Shown here: positions 18,840 to 29,559 of the stretch, one piece after another | How the letters are laid out: each line of letters starts with the position of its first letter | Numbering within the stretch: position 1 is the stretch's first letter | IMG/VR virus record: IMGVR_UViG_3300035180_000411 | Span: 1-58,106 of that record | Origin: a virus | Taxonomy: Duplodnaviria > Caudoviricetes | Direction: 5' to 3' (one strand) | DNA length: 58,106 bases | Program-made: the position numbers and the translations under genes | The notes under the pieces: generated by a model | Database searches by the model: none | What the model saw: only the letters and a program-made list of their open reading frames with translations | Told to the model about the DNA's origin: nothing

Positions 18840-21800
18840 ATGGGTGACTGGACGGATGCGTACCTTAAGCCTGCGGCCACTAATGACGCGCCTGCCGGAG
18901 ACTGGACGGATGCGTATCTTAAGCCTGCGGCTACCAAGGTAGGTGCGTTATCCGACATCGCGCAGGCAGTTCCCGCTGAAGGTCGGCGCCTTGGAAGGTC
19001 AGTTCTAAATTTAGGCGCATCGCTGGGCGGCGCGCTCGGTCTGGTGAGCGACGATACCGCTGCGGGTATCGTTCACGACAACATGAAGGCTAATGAGGCG
19101 GACAACTACCAGGCGAGAACCACAGCAGGCAAGGTCGCTCAGGGGCTAACTCACATGGCCCCGGCTATTGCGCTGGGTATTGCCAACCCCATAGCGGGTC
19201 TAGGTGCTTTTGCCGCACAGGGTGCGTGGGATGCTGGAACCGGCGCCATCGACCAAGGTGACAGCTTGCGTAATGCCCAGATCAAGGCTGTCGGGCAAGG
19301 TGCGCTAAACTCAGCACTGGGTGAAGTCGTAGGTGGTAGCGGAAACGCGGTTCTGTCCAAGCTCCCATATGTCGGTAATGTATTTGCTCCGGCTGCAGCG
19401 GATACGGCTGGCGCGATAGGTAAGCGGATGGTTCAGGGCGCCGGGACTATGGCGGCTTTCAAACCCGCTGGTACAGCCATTGACTACGCGGCAGACATGG
19501 CTACTGGCGAGAATAACGGCCAGCAACGTGACTGGTTTCCTAATGTGGCTGACCTGGCTACAGGTGCCTTGATGGGCGTGCCGCACGCTGCGATGGAGTA
19601 CCGTGCCCGTAATAACGTACCTACCGGCGTGACACCGCTGGCGGACGGCTCATCGATCATGACGCATGAAAACGGTTCGCTGTTTTCATCCCCTACAGCG
19701 TCTGACGCATTTATCAAGGTTAACGGGCTGAGTGCCGCGGAGTCTGTCCCCGTCACCGAAAGGATGTTCGACCCCGAAGCCAAAACCGATAAGATAGTCG
19801 GCTACGGTGTACGGGTTGAAGCTACTCCAGCCATCCCCACGCCGGTGCCACCGGAAACCATCGTTCCACCAGAGTTGCAGCCGAAGGACTTGGTTGCTGG
19901 TACTGATACACAGAATCCCGAGCCGACGCCATCTGAGCCTATCGTTCCGCCGGAGGCGCGACCCGTGAGTGCTAACGTACCCGGCACCCCTGGGTTCGAC
20001 ATGGCTCGTTACATGGCCGACATAATACATGGTGAACGTACCCAAGCCCCCGCGCAGCCTGTAGTATCAGATATTCCGCCGGAGCTACAGCCGAAAGACT
20101 TGGTTGCGCCAAAGGTGTCCACAGCAGAGAAGACAGAACCCGCCACGGTTCAACCGGAATCACCCGCACCAGGCGAGGTCATCGCATCACCCGCAGCACA
20201 GCCGGTTGCTGCTGCGGAATCACCTGCGCCCGCTATCTCCCCGCTGTTCGAAGATATGGGCATCAAACCGAACAAGAAGAACGCTGACATCGTAGCCCGC
20301 GCCGATGCGCTACGGGCGAGTAACCCGGAGGTAGACCTTACCGACGTAGGCGTAGCATTGGCGAAGTACAAGTATGGTGCGGCGGAAAAAGCGTTGCGCG
20401 AACTGGAGGAACAAACCGCAGAGGAAGCACCTGTAGAAGCACCCGCAGAAGCACCCGCAGAAGCACCCGCAGAAGCACCCGCAGAAGCACCTGTAGAAGC
20501 ACCGGCAGAAGCACCTTCACCTAAAGACATGGTAGAACAACCTACAGTGAATCCGCCATCTGCGATCGACCAGGCTAGTCAAACCGGCGACCTTGACGCA
20601 TATACAGGAAGACAGGTGAAGGTAGGCAAAGAGCTGATCACTATTCCAAAACTTCCTCCAGTGCAGCAGAAAGTATTTAACTTACTCGACCGGGCTAGTC
20701 AAACCGGCGACCTTGACGCATATATGGGAAGCTACGAGAAGGTAGGCAAAGAACTGAACTTGGCTCGTGGTTCTGTCCTAAAGGCCATGCAAGGAATGCG
20801 GAAGGCTATCAGCAAGGCGTCGGGTATGGATGTCCCGCAATATCTGGATACGCTTAATAAAGCCAATCGTAGCGTTGAGAAGACCGATGAGGAGCTCTTC
20901 GGACAAAGCCCGGATAAGCAGCGCTCGGTCGTAGATACATCAGAACTGTATGGTGGCTCTGACGCTGGTCATGACGATAAATCCATAGGTATCATTAACA
21001 GCGCAGGTGGTTCGCGGGGCAAGACGAGTGGCTCCTTGGATATGAAAGCGGCGCAACAAGTACGCCGTGCCGTAGAAGCCTACCCGCCGGAAGCACGTGA
21101 AGCGCTGCAGAATAGACTGTCTGATCTGGGCGAAGACTATAAAGATTTTAGCAATGAGGAACGCCTGCATTTGCTGGGGGCTTCGAGTGACCACGACATT
21201 ACGCATGATGACATAGATGAAGCACGCCACCTTAGTCGGGGCACGCGCGGGGAAGACACAGACGATGGTACGTACCAATCCGCGACCGAAGCCGCTGCGG
21301 AAGACCAGGCAACGTTGAAACGAGAAGCCGCTGCGAAGGCTGAACACGCGGAAATGCTACGTGAAGTAGCTGATGACTATAATGAGAGCCTGCAGGAAGG
21401 GGATGTTCCATTCGAGCAACTACCACGGCGCCTGCAAGACCTTTACATTGATGCATTTGAGGATCACCGTAACGGCGACCTCACTGCGCAGGAGTTCATG
21501 CGCAAGTTTTCGGAGATAGCAGATGAAGCCAAATACCAAGCAACTGTTGAAAGAGGAAGCCTGGGCCAAGTTCAAGCAGGAGTTCCAGACAGCGGTACGG
21601 AAAATGGGCAAAAACAGCCAACCGGCGTCGCCGAACAGCCTGCCGCCGGGCGAGGAAGTGAAACAAAATACGCCGGCGAGGCGGTAGCCCCCACCGGCCA
21701 GCGTGCCGCTGAGATGGAGAGTAACCTGCGCAGCGCGTTCTCCAGCCCGTATTTCTTCGACCGCGCAGTGGGTATCGCGCAGGATGTGTCGAGCTTGCCG

Positions 21801-24800
21801 GAAGGTGCGCGTCGGGACGTAATGAAAGCCCAGTCGTCCGGCGGCAAAGTGAAAGGATTCTATGACCCCAAGACCAACAAAGTTTGGCTGATCGCCGATA
21901 ATATACCGAAGGGCGCTGAACTGTCCACGTTACTGCACGAAGTCGGCGTGCATATGGGTATGAAGAATTTACTCGGCGATAGAAACTACGCCCGTCTGGT
22001 GGAGCAGGTTAAGCAGTTTGCAGAGCGAGACGACGGGGGCTTGGAATCAGAACTGGCAAAAACTGCCTTGCGCCGGGTTCTGGCTGCGGAAAAATACCTG
22101 GGCAAAGAATATGGGGACAAAAGTTTCGACAGCGAACTGCTGGCGTACTTTACGGAAGAAGCCGTGCGTAGAGGGATCAACCCTACGGCGCTGGATAATT
22201 CTAGCGAGATAGGCAAGTTCTTTGCGACAGTTATGCGCGCAATCAATACAGCGCTACTCAAGCTAGGGATTAAACCAGAAAGCCTTACCGCTAAAAACGT
22301 AGTTGACCTGGCCTACGGCGCAGCGCACAAGGAGTTGAACGCTCCCCGTGAATCTGCTGAACCCATCGAACGGCGCTTCTCCATCGCTGCCGATAAGGAA
22401 GACGATGAAATAATCAAGGCCAACATCGCCAAGGCGCCAGTGGGGCTGCGCAAGAATCTCAACGTCATCATGGATAACGTCAAGTACACGGGTAAATCGT
22501 CGCTACTTGCATCGGGGTTCCTGCATGATGTCGTCCGGGTCGCCAAGAAGTCGCTGCCATCATCGGTAGAGTATTTCAAGAATGTGGAAGAGGGGGCTGC
22601 AACCAAGACTGCCGGAGACAAGGTGATCAACCAGGTTGCGCAAATGTATAACAGGTTGAAAATCCGCGACCGCGAAGTCGTCAATAATTTCCTTAAGGAA
22701 GGGACAATCTCTCAGAAATGGGGCTACCAACCGAGCTGGAAAACGGAGAATGTAGTAGACCGTGCGGCAAAGCGCGAATTTGATGCACTTCCACCCGAAG
22801 CCCAAGCCGTTGTCCAAGTGGTATTTCAACACGGGCACGATACCCTAACGGCGCTACGTGAAAGGTTTAATCAGGAAATACACTCGCAGGCATCGGGCGC
22901 TATAGAAGAAATAGAGCGTGCCGGCGGCGAAGATACAGACGCGCGTATACAGGAGGTAATTAAAGCTCGGGATGCAGCGCTTGAAAAAGTCGCTAAAGAT
23001 TTTCCAGAGCTAGCTGGCCCCTATGCCCCCCTTATGCGCTTCGGCGATTTTATGGTGGTAGCTACCTCAAAAGAATACCGCGAAGCCAGGGACGGCTCCC
23101 CTGAAAAAGAAGCCATGAAATCTGACCCGAATCATCGCCAAGTAATAGGGGCAGACAGCATCGGCGAAGCAAACCAGCTCGCAAAGGAAGTGCAGGAGGC
23201 GTATCCGCACATGCGCGCCGAAGCCTTCGAAAAGGAATACTACGCCAAGGCGCTACAAGAAGCTCCGTTCGCCACCATTGAGCGTATGAAGGAAATGGCC
23301 AAGGGGAATCTGGGGGATGACGCCAGCCCTGAGACGGTTAAGGCTATAGACGACTCGCTTACTCAGCTATATATCTCGTCACTGGCGGACACCAGTGCCA
23401 TGCACTCACGCACAAGGCGTACAAATACTGCTGGCGCAAGTGACGATATGATGCGGGCGTTTATCAGCAGGGGCCACTCCAATGCTCACCTGCTGGCTCT
23501 GCTGGATCATAACGCTGAAATTCAGCGGGCCATCACCAAGATGCGCAATGAGGCACACTCTGGAGTGGACTCTGAGGGAAACCAACTGCCCGGCACTAAG
23601 AGCGAGCGCAGACAGTACCTGAACGAGTTGCTAAAGCGGCGCGCGCTATCGTCGATATATTCAGCTAGTCCGTGGACCCACAAGTTTATGCAGCTTACCG
23701 CAACGTGGAAGGTACTAACTTCCCCAGCGTTTTACTTGCAGACTTCCACTGAACCGTTCATGGTAATGCGTCCGGTACTCGCTGGTAAGTTTGGCAATGC
23801 TAAATCGTTCACGACGATGCTTAAAGCATTCAAGGATGCTGCTGCGTTTGTTGCATCGCACCGCCCGGATGAGGCGGTAGATGTTTCCCGCTGGACCAAG
23901 TCCTCGGGCCGCGGCGCACGTAATGGGGATATGCTAAAGGCGCTGGACCGTAGGGGGCGCATCGACCTTGGCCAATTGTCTGATTTTGGCAATACCGACA
24001 TTACACACGGAAACCCTGTAAGCGCTGCGTTCAACCTTGTGATGTCCAAAATCAATCGCGTCGCTACCTCGATGGAAGCGTCTAACCGTATTACATCGGC
24101 GAACGCAGCATATACATTGGCTTATGAGCATGCATTAGACAACCTCAAAATGGCGCCAAAGGCTGCGCACGACTACGCAGTCGATTACGCGGACCAGACC
24201 GTACTCGACACGCATGGTAGCTACGACGCCTTTAACGCCCCGCGAATCATGATGCAGGCGAACTCCCCCGGACTCCCTGTAGCGCTGCTTGCGCAATTCC
24301 GCAAGTTTCAAGTGATGGAAATGTCGCTGTTCTCGCGGTTGGCGTATAACTCATTTAAGCACGCAGACCCGGCTGAGAAACTTATCGCTCGGAAGTCCTT
24401 GGCATATATGCTCGGCCAGCAAGCGGTGATAACGGGCGCTCTTGGGCTACCAGGCTATGGGGTAATTTCGACGTTGCTAAACTATATTTTCGGGGACGAA
24501 AAAACTCCAGTAGACGCCGACCTCGCTCTGCGCCGGGCAATAGGCGACAAGGACTTGGCTCACCTGATTATGAATGGAGTGCCTGGACTGCTCGGTATGC
24601 CTGTCACTACCAAGTTGGGCATGGGCGGAATGTTCAGTGTAGTACCTTTCGATAGTGTCGATCTCAAGAATAAAGCAGGATTGGGGGAGACTGTGCTGGC
24701 GATGAGCGGCCCCTTTTTAGGGGGGATGTTGCCGGATGGCGTGAACGCGGTAAACAAACTGCGTCAGGGAGAGTATTACAAAGCTACCGAGATGCTGATG

Positions 24801-25253
24801 CCCTCGTTAGTACGTAACGGCATGAAGTCCTATCGTCAGGCGACGGAAGGCGTAACCAATTCTAAGGGTGATATCCTTTTACGGCCAGACGAACTTTCGG
24901 AAGCGGATACTATGCTGCAGGCGCTTGGATTCAGTTCCACGCACCTTAACGACCGAACATTTACCCAGAACGTCGTCATGGAGTACGAGGAATATTACAA
25001 AGACCGCATGGACCGCGTTACACATAAGTACGCCAAGGCATTCAGAGAGGGGGACACTGAGGGTATGCGGGACGCACGGGATCAGTTTATGGAGTACCAG
25101 AAGGCCCAACGTGAAGCCGGGTTACTGCCTACACCAATTAGCTCAATGTACAGAGCACCTTCGGAACAGATCAAGCGTCAAGCAAAGACCATTGGCGGTG
25201 TACAGTGGGACAAGCACAATCTCAGAGTAGTGAAGGAACTGTCAGGGGAATAG
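18840..25253 (+). CDS. Giant internal virion / polyvalent protein (zincin-like HExxH and PLxRFG motifs)
   Basis: 2137 aa; GFYDP..VWLIADNI...LLHEVGVH...ELLAY metallopeptidase pattern; YAPLMRFGDF; low-complexity linkers. Confidence 0.75.
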   Translation: MGDWTDAYLKPAATNDAPAGDWTDAYLKPAATKVGALSDIAQAVPAEGRRLGRSVLNLGASLGGALGLVSDDTAAGIVHDNMKANEADNYQARTTAGKVAQGLTHMAPAIALGIANPIAGLGAFAAQGAWDAGTGAIDQGDSLRNAQIKAVGQGALNSALGEVVGGSGNAVLSKLPYVGNVFAPAAADTAGAIGKRMVQGAGTMAAFKPAGTAIDYAADMATGENNGQQRDWFPNVADLATGALMGVPHAAMEYRARNNVPTGVTPLADGSSIMTHENGSLFSSPTASDAFIKVNGLSAAESVPVTERMFDPEAKTDKIVGYGVRVEATPAIPTPVPPETIVPPELQPKDLVAGTDTQNPEPTPSEPIVPPEARPVSANVPGTPGFDMARYMADIIHGERTQAPAQPVVSDIPPELQPKDLVAPKVSTAEKTEPATVQPESPAPGEVIASPAAQPVAAAESPAPAISPLFEDMGIKPNKKNADIVARADALRASNPEVDLTDVGVALAKYKYGAAEKALRELEEQTAEEAPVEAPAEAPAEAPAEAPAEAPVEAPAEAPSPKDMVEQPTVNPPSAIDQASQTGDLDAYTGRQVKVGKELITIPKLPPVQQKVFNLLDRASQTGDLDAYMGSYEKVGKELNLARGSVLKAMQGMRKAISKASGMDVPQYLDTLNKANRSVEKTDEELFGQSPDKQRSVVDTSELYGGSDAGHDDKSIGIINSAGGSRGKTSGSLDMKAAQQVRRAVEAYPPEAREALQNRLSDLGEDYKDFSNEERLHLLGASSDHDITHDDIDEARHLSRGTRGEDTDDGTYQSATEAAAEDQATLKREAAAKAEHAEMLREVADDYNESLQEGDVPFEQLPRRLQDLYIDAFEDHRNGDLTAQEFMRKFSEIADEAKYQATVERGSLGQVQAGVPDSGTENGQKQPTGVAEQPAAGRGSETKYAGEAVAPTGQRAAEMESNLRSAFSSPYFFDRAVGIAQDVSSLPEGARRDVMKAQSSGGKVKGFYDPKTNKVWLIADNIPKGAELSTLLHEVGVHMGMKNLLGDRNYARLVEQVKQFAERDDGGLESELAKTALRRVLAAEKYLGKEYGDKSFDSELLAYFTEEAVRRGINPTALDNSSEIGKFFATVMRAINTALLKLGIKPESLTAKNVVDLAYGAAHKELNAPRESAEPIERRFSIAADKEDDEIIKANIAKAPVGLRKNLNVIMDNVKYTGKSSLLASGFLHDVVRVAKKSLPSSVEYFKNVEEGAATKTAGDKVINQVAQMYNRLKIRDREVVNNFLKEGTISQKWGYQPSWKTENVVDRAAKREFDALPPEAQAVVQVVFQHGHDTLTALRERFNQEIHSQASGAIEEIERAGGEDTDARIQEVIKARDAALEKVAKDFPELAGPYAPLMRFGDFMVVATSKEYREARDGSPEKEAMKSDPNHRQVIGADSIGEANQLAKEVQEAYPHMRAEAFEKEYYAKALQEAPFATIERMKEMAKGNLGDDASPETVKAIDDSLTQLYISSLADTSAMHSRTRRTNTAGASDDMMRAFISRGHSNAHLLALLDHNAEIQRAITKMRNEAHSGVDSEGNQLPGTKSERRQYLNELLKRRALSSIYSASPWTHKFMQLTATWKVLTSPAFYLQTSTEPFMVMRPVLAGKFGNAKSFTTMLKAFKDAAAFVASHRPDEAVDVSRWTKSSGRGARNGDMLKALDRRGRIDLGQLSDFGNTDITHGNPVSAAFNLVMSKINRVATSMEASNRITSANAAYTLAYEHALDNLKMAPKAAHDYAVDYADQTVLDTHGSYDAFNAPRIMMQANSPGLPVALLAQFRKFQVMEMSLFSRLAYNSFKHADPAEKLIARKSLAYMLGQQAVITGALGLPGYGVISTLLNYIFGDEKTPVDADLALRRAIGDKDLAHLIMNGVPGLLGMPVTTKLGMGGMFSVVPFDSVDLKNKAGLGETVLAMSGPFLGGMLPDGVNAVNKLRQGEYYKATEMLMPSLVRNGMKSYRQATEGVTNSKGDILLRPDELSEADTMLQALGFSSTHLNDRTFTQNVVMEYEEYYKDRMDRVTHKYAKAFREGDTEGMRDARDQFMEYQKAQREAGLLPTPISSMYRAPSEQIKRQAKTIGGVQWDKHNLRVVKELSGE
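20423..20516 (+). repeat. 12-nt tandem repeat encoding EAP(A/V)
   Basis: gaagcaccYgYa repeated about 8 times. Confidence 0.85.
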
Positions 25254-25275
25254 GAGGCGGAATTGCGCCGCCTCC
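25253..25275. terminator. Hairpin at the convergence of the two genome arms
   Basis: ggaggcgg-aattgcg-ccgcctcc between convergent genes; no clear U-tract. Confidence 0.45.
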
Positions 25276-25282
25276 GGCCCGG

Positions 25283-28207
25283 CTAAACGGCCTGGTCGGC
25301 CCCTTTTTCGTCGGACTCCCGCGCAGCTTCTACAGCGTTTACATCGACTAGATGAACACGCTCCGCAAAGGCTGCCCAGTCAAGCTCTATAACCTGCTGC
25401 TGCGGGATTGCGTAGTCAACCAGACCTTTGCCGAGGCAGTATTTGAACCTGCCACGATACCATCCGCGCGCCGTGGCGACTTCGATCATTTCGTCTACCG
25501 GGGTGTTGTTTTCTTTACACCATTCGCGGATTGCATGTATGGACACCAGCACCCGGTTGTCGTTGATAATCACTCTCCCCGTGACGGCTCCGCGTGGTGG
25601 GTAGCCGTGGATAGTCGCAGCCTTACCATCTTTACTACGGCGGTCGCCTTCGATAGCTGTCATAAGGAATCCGCTGTGGAGCTCTGCTATCATATCCCCG
25701 AACAAGCCAGCCATATCTACATGAGAGTCGCTTACCCTGTTGTGCATGTCGCGTAATGAACGTTTAATCCATGCCTTGAGCGCGCCTCCATCGAACTTCT
25801 GCAGGCCAAGCGCGGTAGTAATCTCGTGAGCTACCCAGATGCAGGCCGCGATCTTTAACCAGAACCTGGCTTCTTGGTTAAGGTTTAGAACCGTAGTGAA
25901 CTCTTCATCGACAGCATCCAGGCGGCTGGCGATCTCGTCTCGGTGCGTAACCACGTAGCGTATGAATGCGTCACCGGCTACTCCCTGCATACTGAGCAGT
26001 TCGTTGATTACGCGCTGCCCCTCCGACTTACCCAGCATTTCGGAACTCTTGGCGGTGAACTTATACTCCCAGATACGGTATATGCGGGGGCCAGGGTTGA
26101 CGTAGTTTGCGATAATATGGCTCACCATTGACTCGTTGGAACTGAGCAACGCGATGTTCGTCCATCCAGCGTCTTTGTTATCGCGCAGCGATCCGTCTTG
26201 CTTGAGCCGGTCTTTCGGCAATCCTTGGCTATAGCGGTAGGCGAAGTCAGAGGCTTTCTTTCCGCCCCAGGGCGTGATTTCGTCTATCAGCATGGGCAGG
26301 TGACGCCGCATCTCGGCTTTACCATACATGGCATTTTCCGTGGTGCTCTCGGCGCCAGTCAGGCGCGTAGCTTCGCCCCATATGCCCGTAGCCAGTTGCT
26401 GCGCCGTAGTTTTTCCCGCGCCGCTCTGGTTGGAGTGCGCTGCGATGATTCCACCCATGAATCCAACATGGTGTAGCGGGAGCAACACCGATGCGAAACC
26501 TCCTAGCCAGGTGAACTGATGGGGCTCGTGATTGGGGCGATTATACAGTTTGTCTATAAGCTCGATGTACCTACCGAGGTTGCCCTTGACTTCGAATTGA
26601 GGAGCGTAGGTTTGTAGATACTCTGTCAGCGCGACGAAGCGTGTTCCGCCTTCGGGTAGGTATTGAGTGTTCCCAACGACGAAGGAGCCGTCCGGTTTCC
26701 ATCCAAAGTACCCGTGCATTTCTGTTTCTGCGGTGTGCATACGGGTTCTTTCCGCCCACAGTTTCATATAGTTCTCCAAATGCTTTGCCCTGCCGTAAAT
26801 TGGGGCAATCATACAGTAGCTACTAAGTTCCTTGAGCATCGCGGCGCCACCAGCAGCGATAATTCCAGCTTCGACGTGTGCGGTGTCCCACGTATTGCTT
26901 CGTAGCCAAGTTTTGATGGTGTACATCCACTTAAGGGTGGTGGTGTCTTTGTAGTACGCGGTGATGTAAGGAATCGTGGTGGTGAACACTTCCCATACTT
27001 CAGAGCCGTCTTTGTCTTCCGTCCGGGCTTCCATCCCGCTACCTTTAACAAACCGGAACCGTTCTTCTACATCTGGAGGGAGCGCCGGAATGTCCTCGGT
27101 TTCTCCCGTCGTAGCATCCACGATTTCTCTTGCCGCCGTGGGGGCAAGTCTGCCCAAGGCAATAGGTGAATTAACGCTTTGGGAGCACCCGGCGCAGATA
27201 CCAGGTCCGTCTTGCTTGAACTTCTCGCAGAGCGTAGGGCCGGCATTCCACTTTTCTATTACATCCTGGCATATCCCAGGCTGATAGTCTTCATGCCCTG
27301 AACTCCACTCATGTATAAGAGCGTCGCCCTCAACACAGTGTTTAAGGACACCTATACAGTCGCGCCATACTTGGTAGTCTTGGCCTACGCCCTTGAAGTC
27401 CCGAAAGTTACCGATTTGCGCGCAACGTTCCGCGATCTTGACTGCGGACGATTCAGGGTACTCCATGCCGCCCAGAATTGCTGCGTTCATTCCTGCCGCT
27501 ATGCTCTTGGTTTTTCCAGAGGCTTTCGGCTGTAAAACCTTGATTCCATACTCTTCTTTAATGTCCCGCAGTTTCGCAACCCATGCAGACACATTGACCA
27601 GTGCTGTTACCGGCTCGCCTATCAGCTTGACCTGCTTGATGCCCAACCCTTTATGGGTCTTATCATTCACCGTCCCTATAGGGCGCAGCACGCTGGCTAC
27701 GTCTGCCGTTCTGGTTGTATCGTCCACACCCAGCTTGAAGTGCGCTGCGACAGACTTGAACAGCTCCGCCATTTTGACCCAGGAATCTTTTGGGATGTCG
27801 CGGTTGAATACCCAGTATGCGTGAATCCCATTGCCGGAGTCTACCAACACGTTCGGACGCTGTATCCCTGTCGTATCGCAGAACCGCTTTAGGTCGAGCA
27901 GGGCATCTTTCTTCGTGGCGTACTGATTTTTTACATCCATATCAAGCCATTGCGACCTGACTAATAGCGCGTTTTCATGCGTCCGCCAGCACGTTTTACC
28001 GTTGCCATCTACGTATGAGGCTTGCGCGTAGCTTGCGCACGCATGGTATACGTTCTTTCCCTGTGAGCTAAGTAGGAGCGCCTTGTGGGCGGCCTCCTCG
28101 GTGGAGGCGCACGGGTAATGCTTGGGTGCTCCAGCTTCTTTGATCCATACCACATAATATACTCCCGCTGAGGGGAGTATAAGTTTAAGAAAATCTCCGG
28201 TGTTCAT
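25283..28207 (-). CDS. Primase-helicase (N-terminal primase, DUF927-like region, P-loop NTPase)
   Basis: WLDMD and SGNGIHAYW primase motifs; Cys cluster; FGWK; Walker A SGAGKTT and Walker B MLIDE. Confidence 0.85.
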   Translation of the reverse strand: MNTGDFLKLILPSAGVYYVVWIKEAGAPKHYPCASTEEAAHKALLLSSQGKNVYHACASYAQASYVDGNGKTCWRTHENALLVRSQWLDMDVKNQYATKKDALLDLKRFCDTTGIQRPNVLVDSGNGIHAYWVFNRDIPKDSWVKMAELFKSVAAHFKLGVDDTTRTADVASVLRPIGTVNDKTHKGLGIKQVKLIGEPVTALVNVSAWVAKLRDIKEEYGIKVLQPKASGKTKSIAAGMNAAILGGMEYPESSAVKIAERCAQIGNFRDFKGVGQDYQVWRDCIGVLKHCVEGDALIHEWSSGHEDYQPGICQDVIEKWNAGPTLCEKFKQDGPGICAGCSQSVNSPIALGRLAPTAAREIVDATTGETEDIPALPPDVEERFRFVKGSGMEARTEDKDGSEVWEVFTTTIPYITAYYKDTTTLKWMYTIKTWLRSNTWDTAHVEAGIIAAGGAAMLKELSSYCMIAPIYGRAKHLENYMKLWAERTRMHTAETEMHGYFGWKPDGSFVVGNTQYLPEGGTRFVALTEYLQTYAPQFEVKGNLGRYIELIDKLYNRPNHEPHQFTWLGGFASVLLPLHHVGFMGGIIAAHSNQSGAGKTTAQQLATGIWGEATRLTGAESTTENAMYGKAEMRRHLPMLIDEITPWGGKKASDFAYRYSQGLPKDRLKQDGSLRDNKDAGWTNIALLSSNESMVSHIIANYVNPGPRIYRIWEYKFTAKSSEMLGKSEGQRVINELLSMQGVAGDAFIRYVVTHRDEIASRLDAVDEEFTTVLNLNQEARFWLKIAACIWVAHEITTALGLQKFDGGALKAWIKRSLRDMHNRVSDSHVDMAGLFGDMIAELHSGFLMTAIEGDRRSKDGKAATIHGYPPRGAVTGRVIINDNRVLVSIHAIREWCKENNTPVDEMIEVATARGWYRGRFKYCLGKGLVDYAIPQQQVIELDWAAFAERVHLVDVNAVEAARESDEKGADQAV

Positions 28208-28269
28208 ACAAACCCCTCTGGCGCGAAGGAGATAATCTACTCCCTGTCGGTTGCCAACACAATCTGTTG

Positions 28270-28524
28270 TTAATCTCGTATCGCTCGTAGTGTGTCCAGA
28301 ATGTAGCGGGCTTTGGCTTTCCCAGCCAGGTCTACGGGCGCCGGTAGTTTGCCGTCCGCTACCGCGCGCTCGACGGCATTGGTGAACTTTGCTACGCGGT
28401 CTGCAAGTATAACGTGCGGCTTCGCGTGCCCATTAAACCACGTAGACGCGGTAACTCGTGTTACGCCGATGAAGGCCGCTGCGTGCTGAGGTGTCAGCCC
28501 TGCTGCTTTTGCTTTTTCAAACAT
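28270..28524 (-). CDS. Cro/CI-type HTH protein
   Basis: AGLTPQHAAAFIGVTRVTASTWFNG HTH pattern. Confidence 0.75.
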   Translation of the reverse strand: MFEKAKAAGLTPQHAAAFIGVTRVTASTWFNGHAKPHVILADRVAKFTNAVERAVADGKLPAPVDLAGKAKARYILDTLRAIRD

Positions 28525-28584
28525 GGTTCCTCCTTGGAATTAGGTGCGCGTTTTAAGCAGGACGCGCCCCCTGCCAGGTACTGG

Positions 28585-29541
28585 TTAAGCGTCGTCGAAA
28601 ATTGCGCCGAGCTGGCTGTCCAAGTCGTCGTCATCGCTTACAACAGGTTTGGCCTTCGGCTTGGTTTTCGGTGTGGGCTCGTCATCGTCCTCCACTACTG
28701 CGGGTTTGGCCTTCGCCTTGGCTACTGCTTTGGCAGTTGTAGCGGGCGCGGTGTCCAATCCCTCGTCGTCATCGCTCACCCGTTTCGCTGCGGGCTTTGT
28801 TTCGAACGCCTCATCGTCATCGCTCAGGTGTGGGAGCGCCATAGTACCGATAATTTGCAAAACAATTTCAGTTTTAGCAAGGTCTTGCACTTCATTCTGC
28901 ATCGTCTGCGGGAGTACGCCTACCGGGATGAATACCAGCTTCGGAGTGGCCTCGTCCTTGTCGAACCTCAATTTGGTCAGCACCTGGTCGAAAGACAGGC
29001 CACGGTTACTCAGGGTTTTACCAAACTCCGCAAGCGACTTGAGTGAAGCAGGCGGCACGCGCAGTAGCATTGGCTCGTTAAGCTGGCTCGGTGACGAAAT
29101 CGCAAGCCGCCGGCTATCCTGGCAGGCTTTGCCTTTGCCGTTCCTACCGCTGCCCCACACGTTCTTGGGGCATACTGCGCAGGTTTTGGAAACCGGGTTC
29201 TCAACTTGCGCATCCGGCATGATACCATCGTTGGACATGCAGTCCGGCTTACCTGTACTACCTTCTTCGAACTCTCCTTTGTAGTAGACCTTCGACAGAT
29301 GCGGGTTCGCCGCCAGAATTACCACTTCGATAGCCGCTGCGGGGGTGTCGTCATCGTCGGGGCGCATAATTACTTTGCGTTCCTTATCCTTGACCAGCGT
29401 AAAGACTTTACCCTTGATGGACATAACGGGGAACGAGCCACTACCTACTCCGCCCAGCAGAGCGTTGTTACGATCTTGCGCGGCCTTAACTGCGGCAACG
29501 GTAGGTTTATATGACTCGAAAGAAATAATATTTGTGCTCAT
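28585..29541 (-). CDS. ssDNA-binding-like protein with acidic tail
   Basis: PDCxSNDG..C..CP.N.WGS..GKACxD.RRLA core; Asp-rich C-terminus; located in the replication module. Confidence 0.6.
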   Translation of the reverse strand: MSTNIISFESYKPTVAAVKAAQDRNNALLGGVGSGSFPVMSIKGKVFTLVKDKERKVIMRPDDDDTPAAAIEVVILAANPHLSKVYYKGEFEEGSTGKPDCMSNDGIMPDAQVENPVSKTCAVCPKNVWGSGRNGKGKACQDSRRLAISSPSQLNEPMLLRVPPASLKSLAEFGKTLSNRGLSFDQVLTKLRFDKDEATPKLVFIPVGVLPQTMQNEVQDLAKTEIVLQIIGTMALPHLSDDDEAFETKPAAKRVSDDDEGLDTAPATTAKAVAKAKAKPAVVEDDDEPTPKTKPKAKPVVSDDDDLDSQLGAIFDDA

Positions 29542-29559
29542 ACTGATGCTCCTTGGTTG

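Noticed and set aside
28270-28524. HTH protein as a lysogeny repressor
   Set aside because: No integrase, partition genes or divergent cI/cro switch were found; lifestyle cannot be settled from this gene alone.
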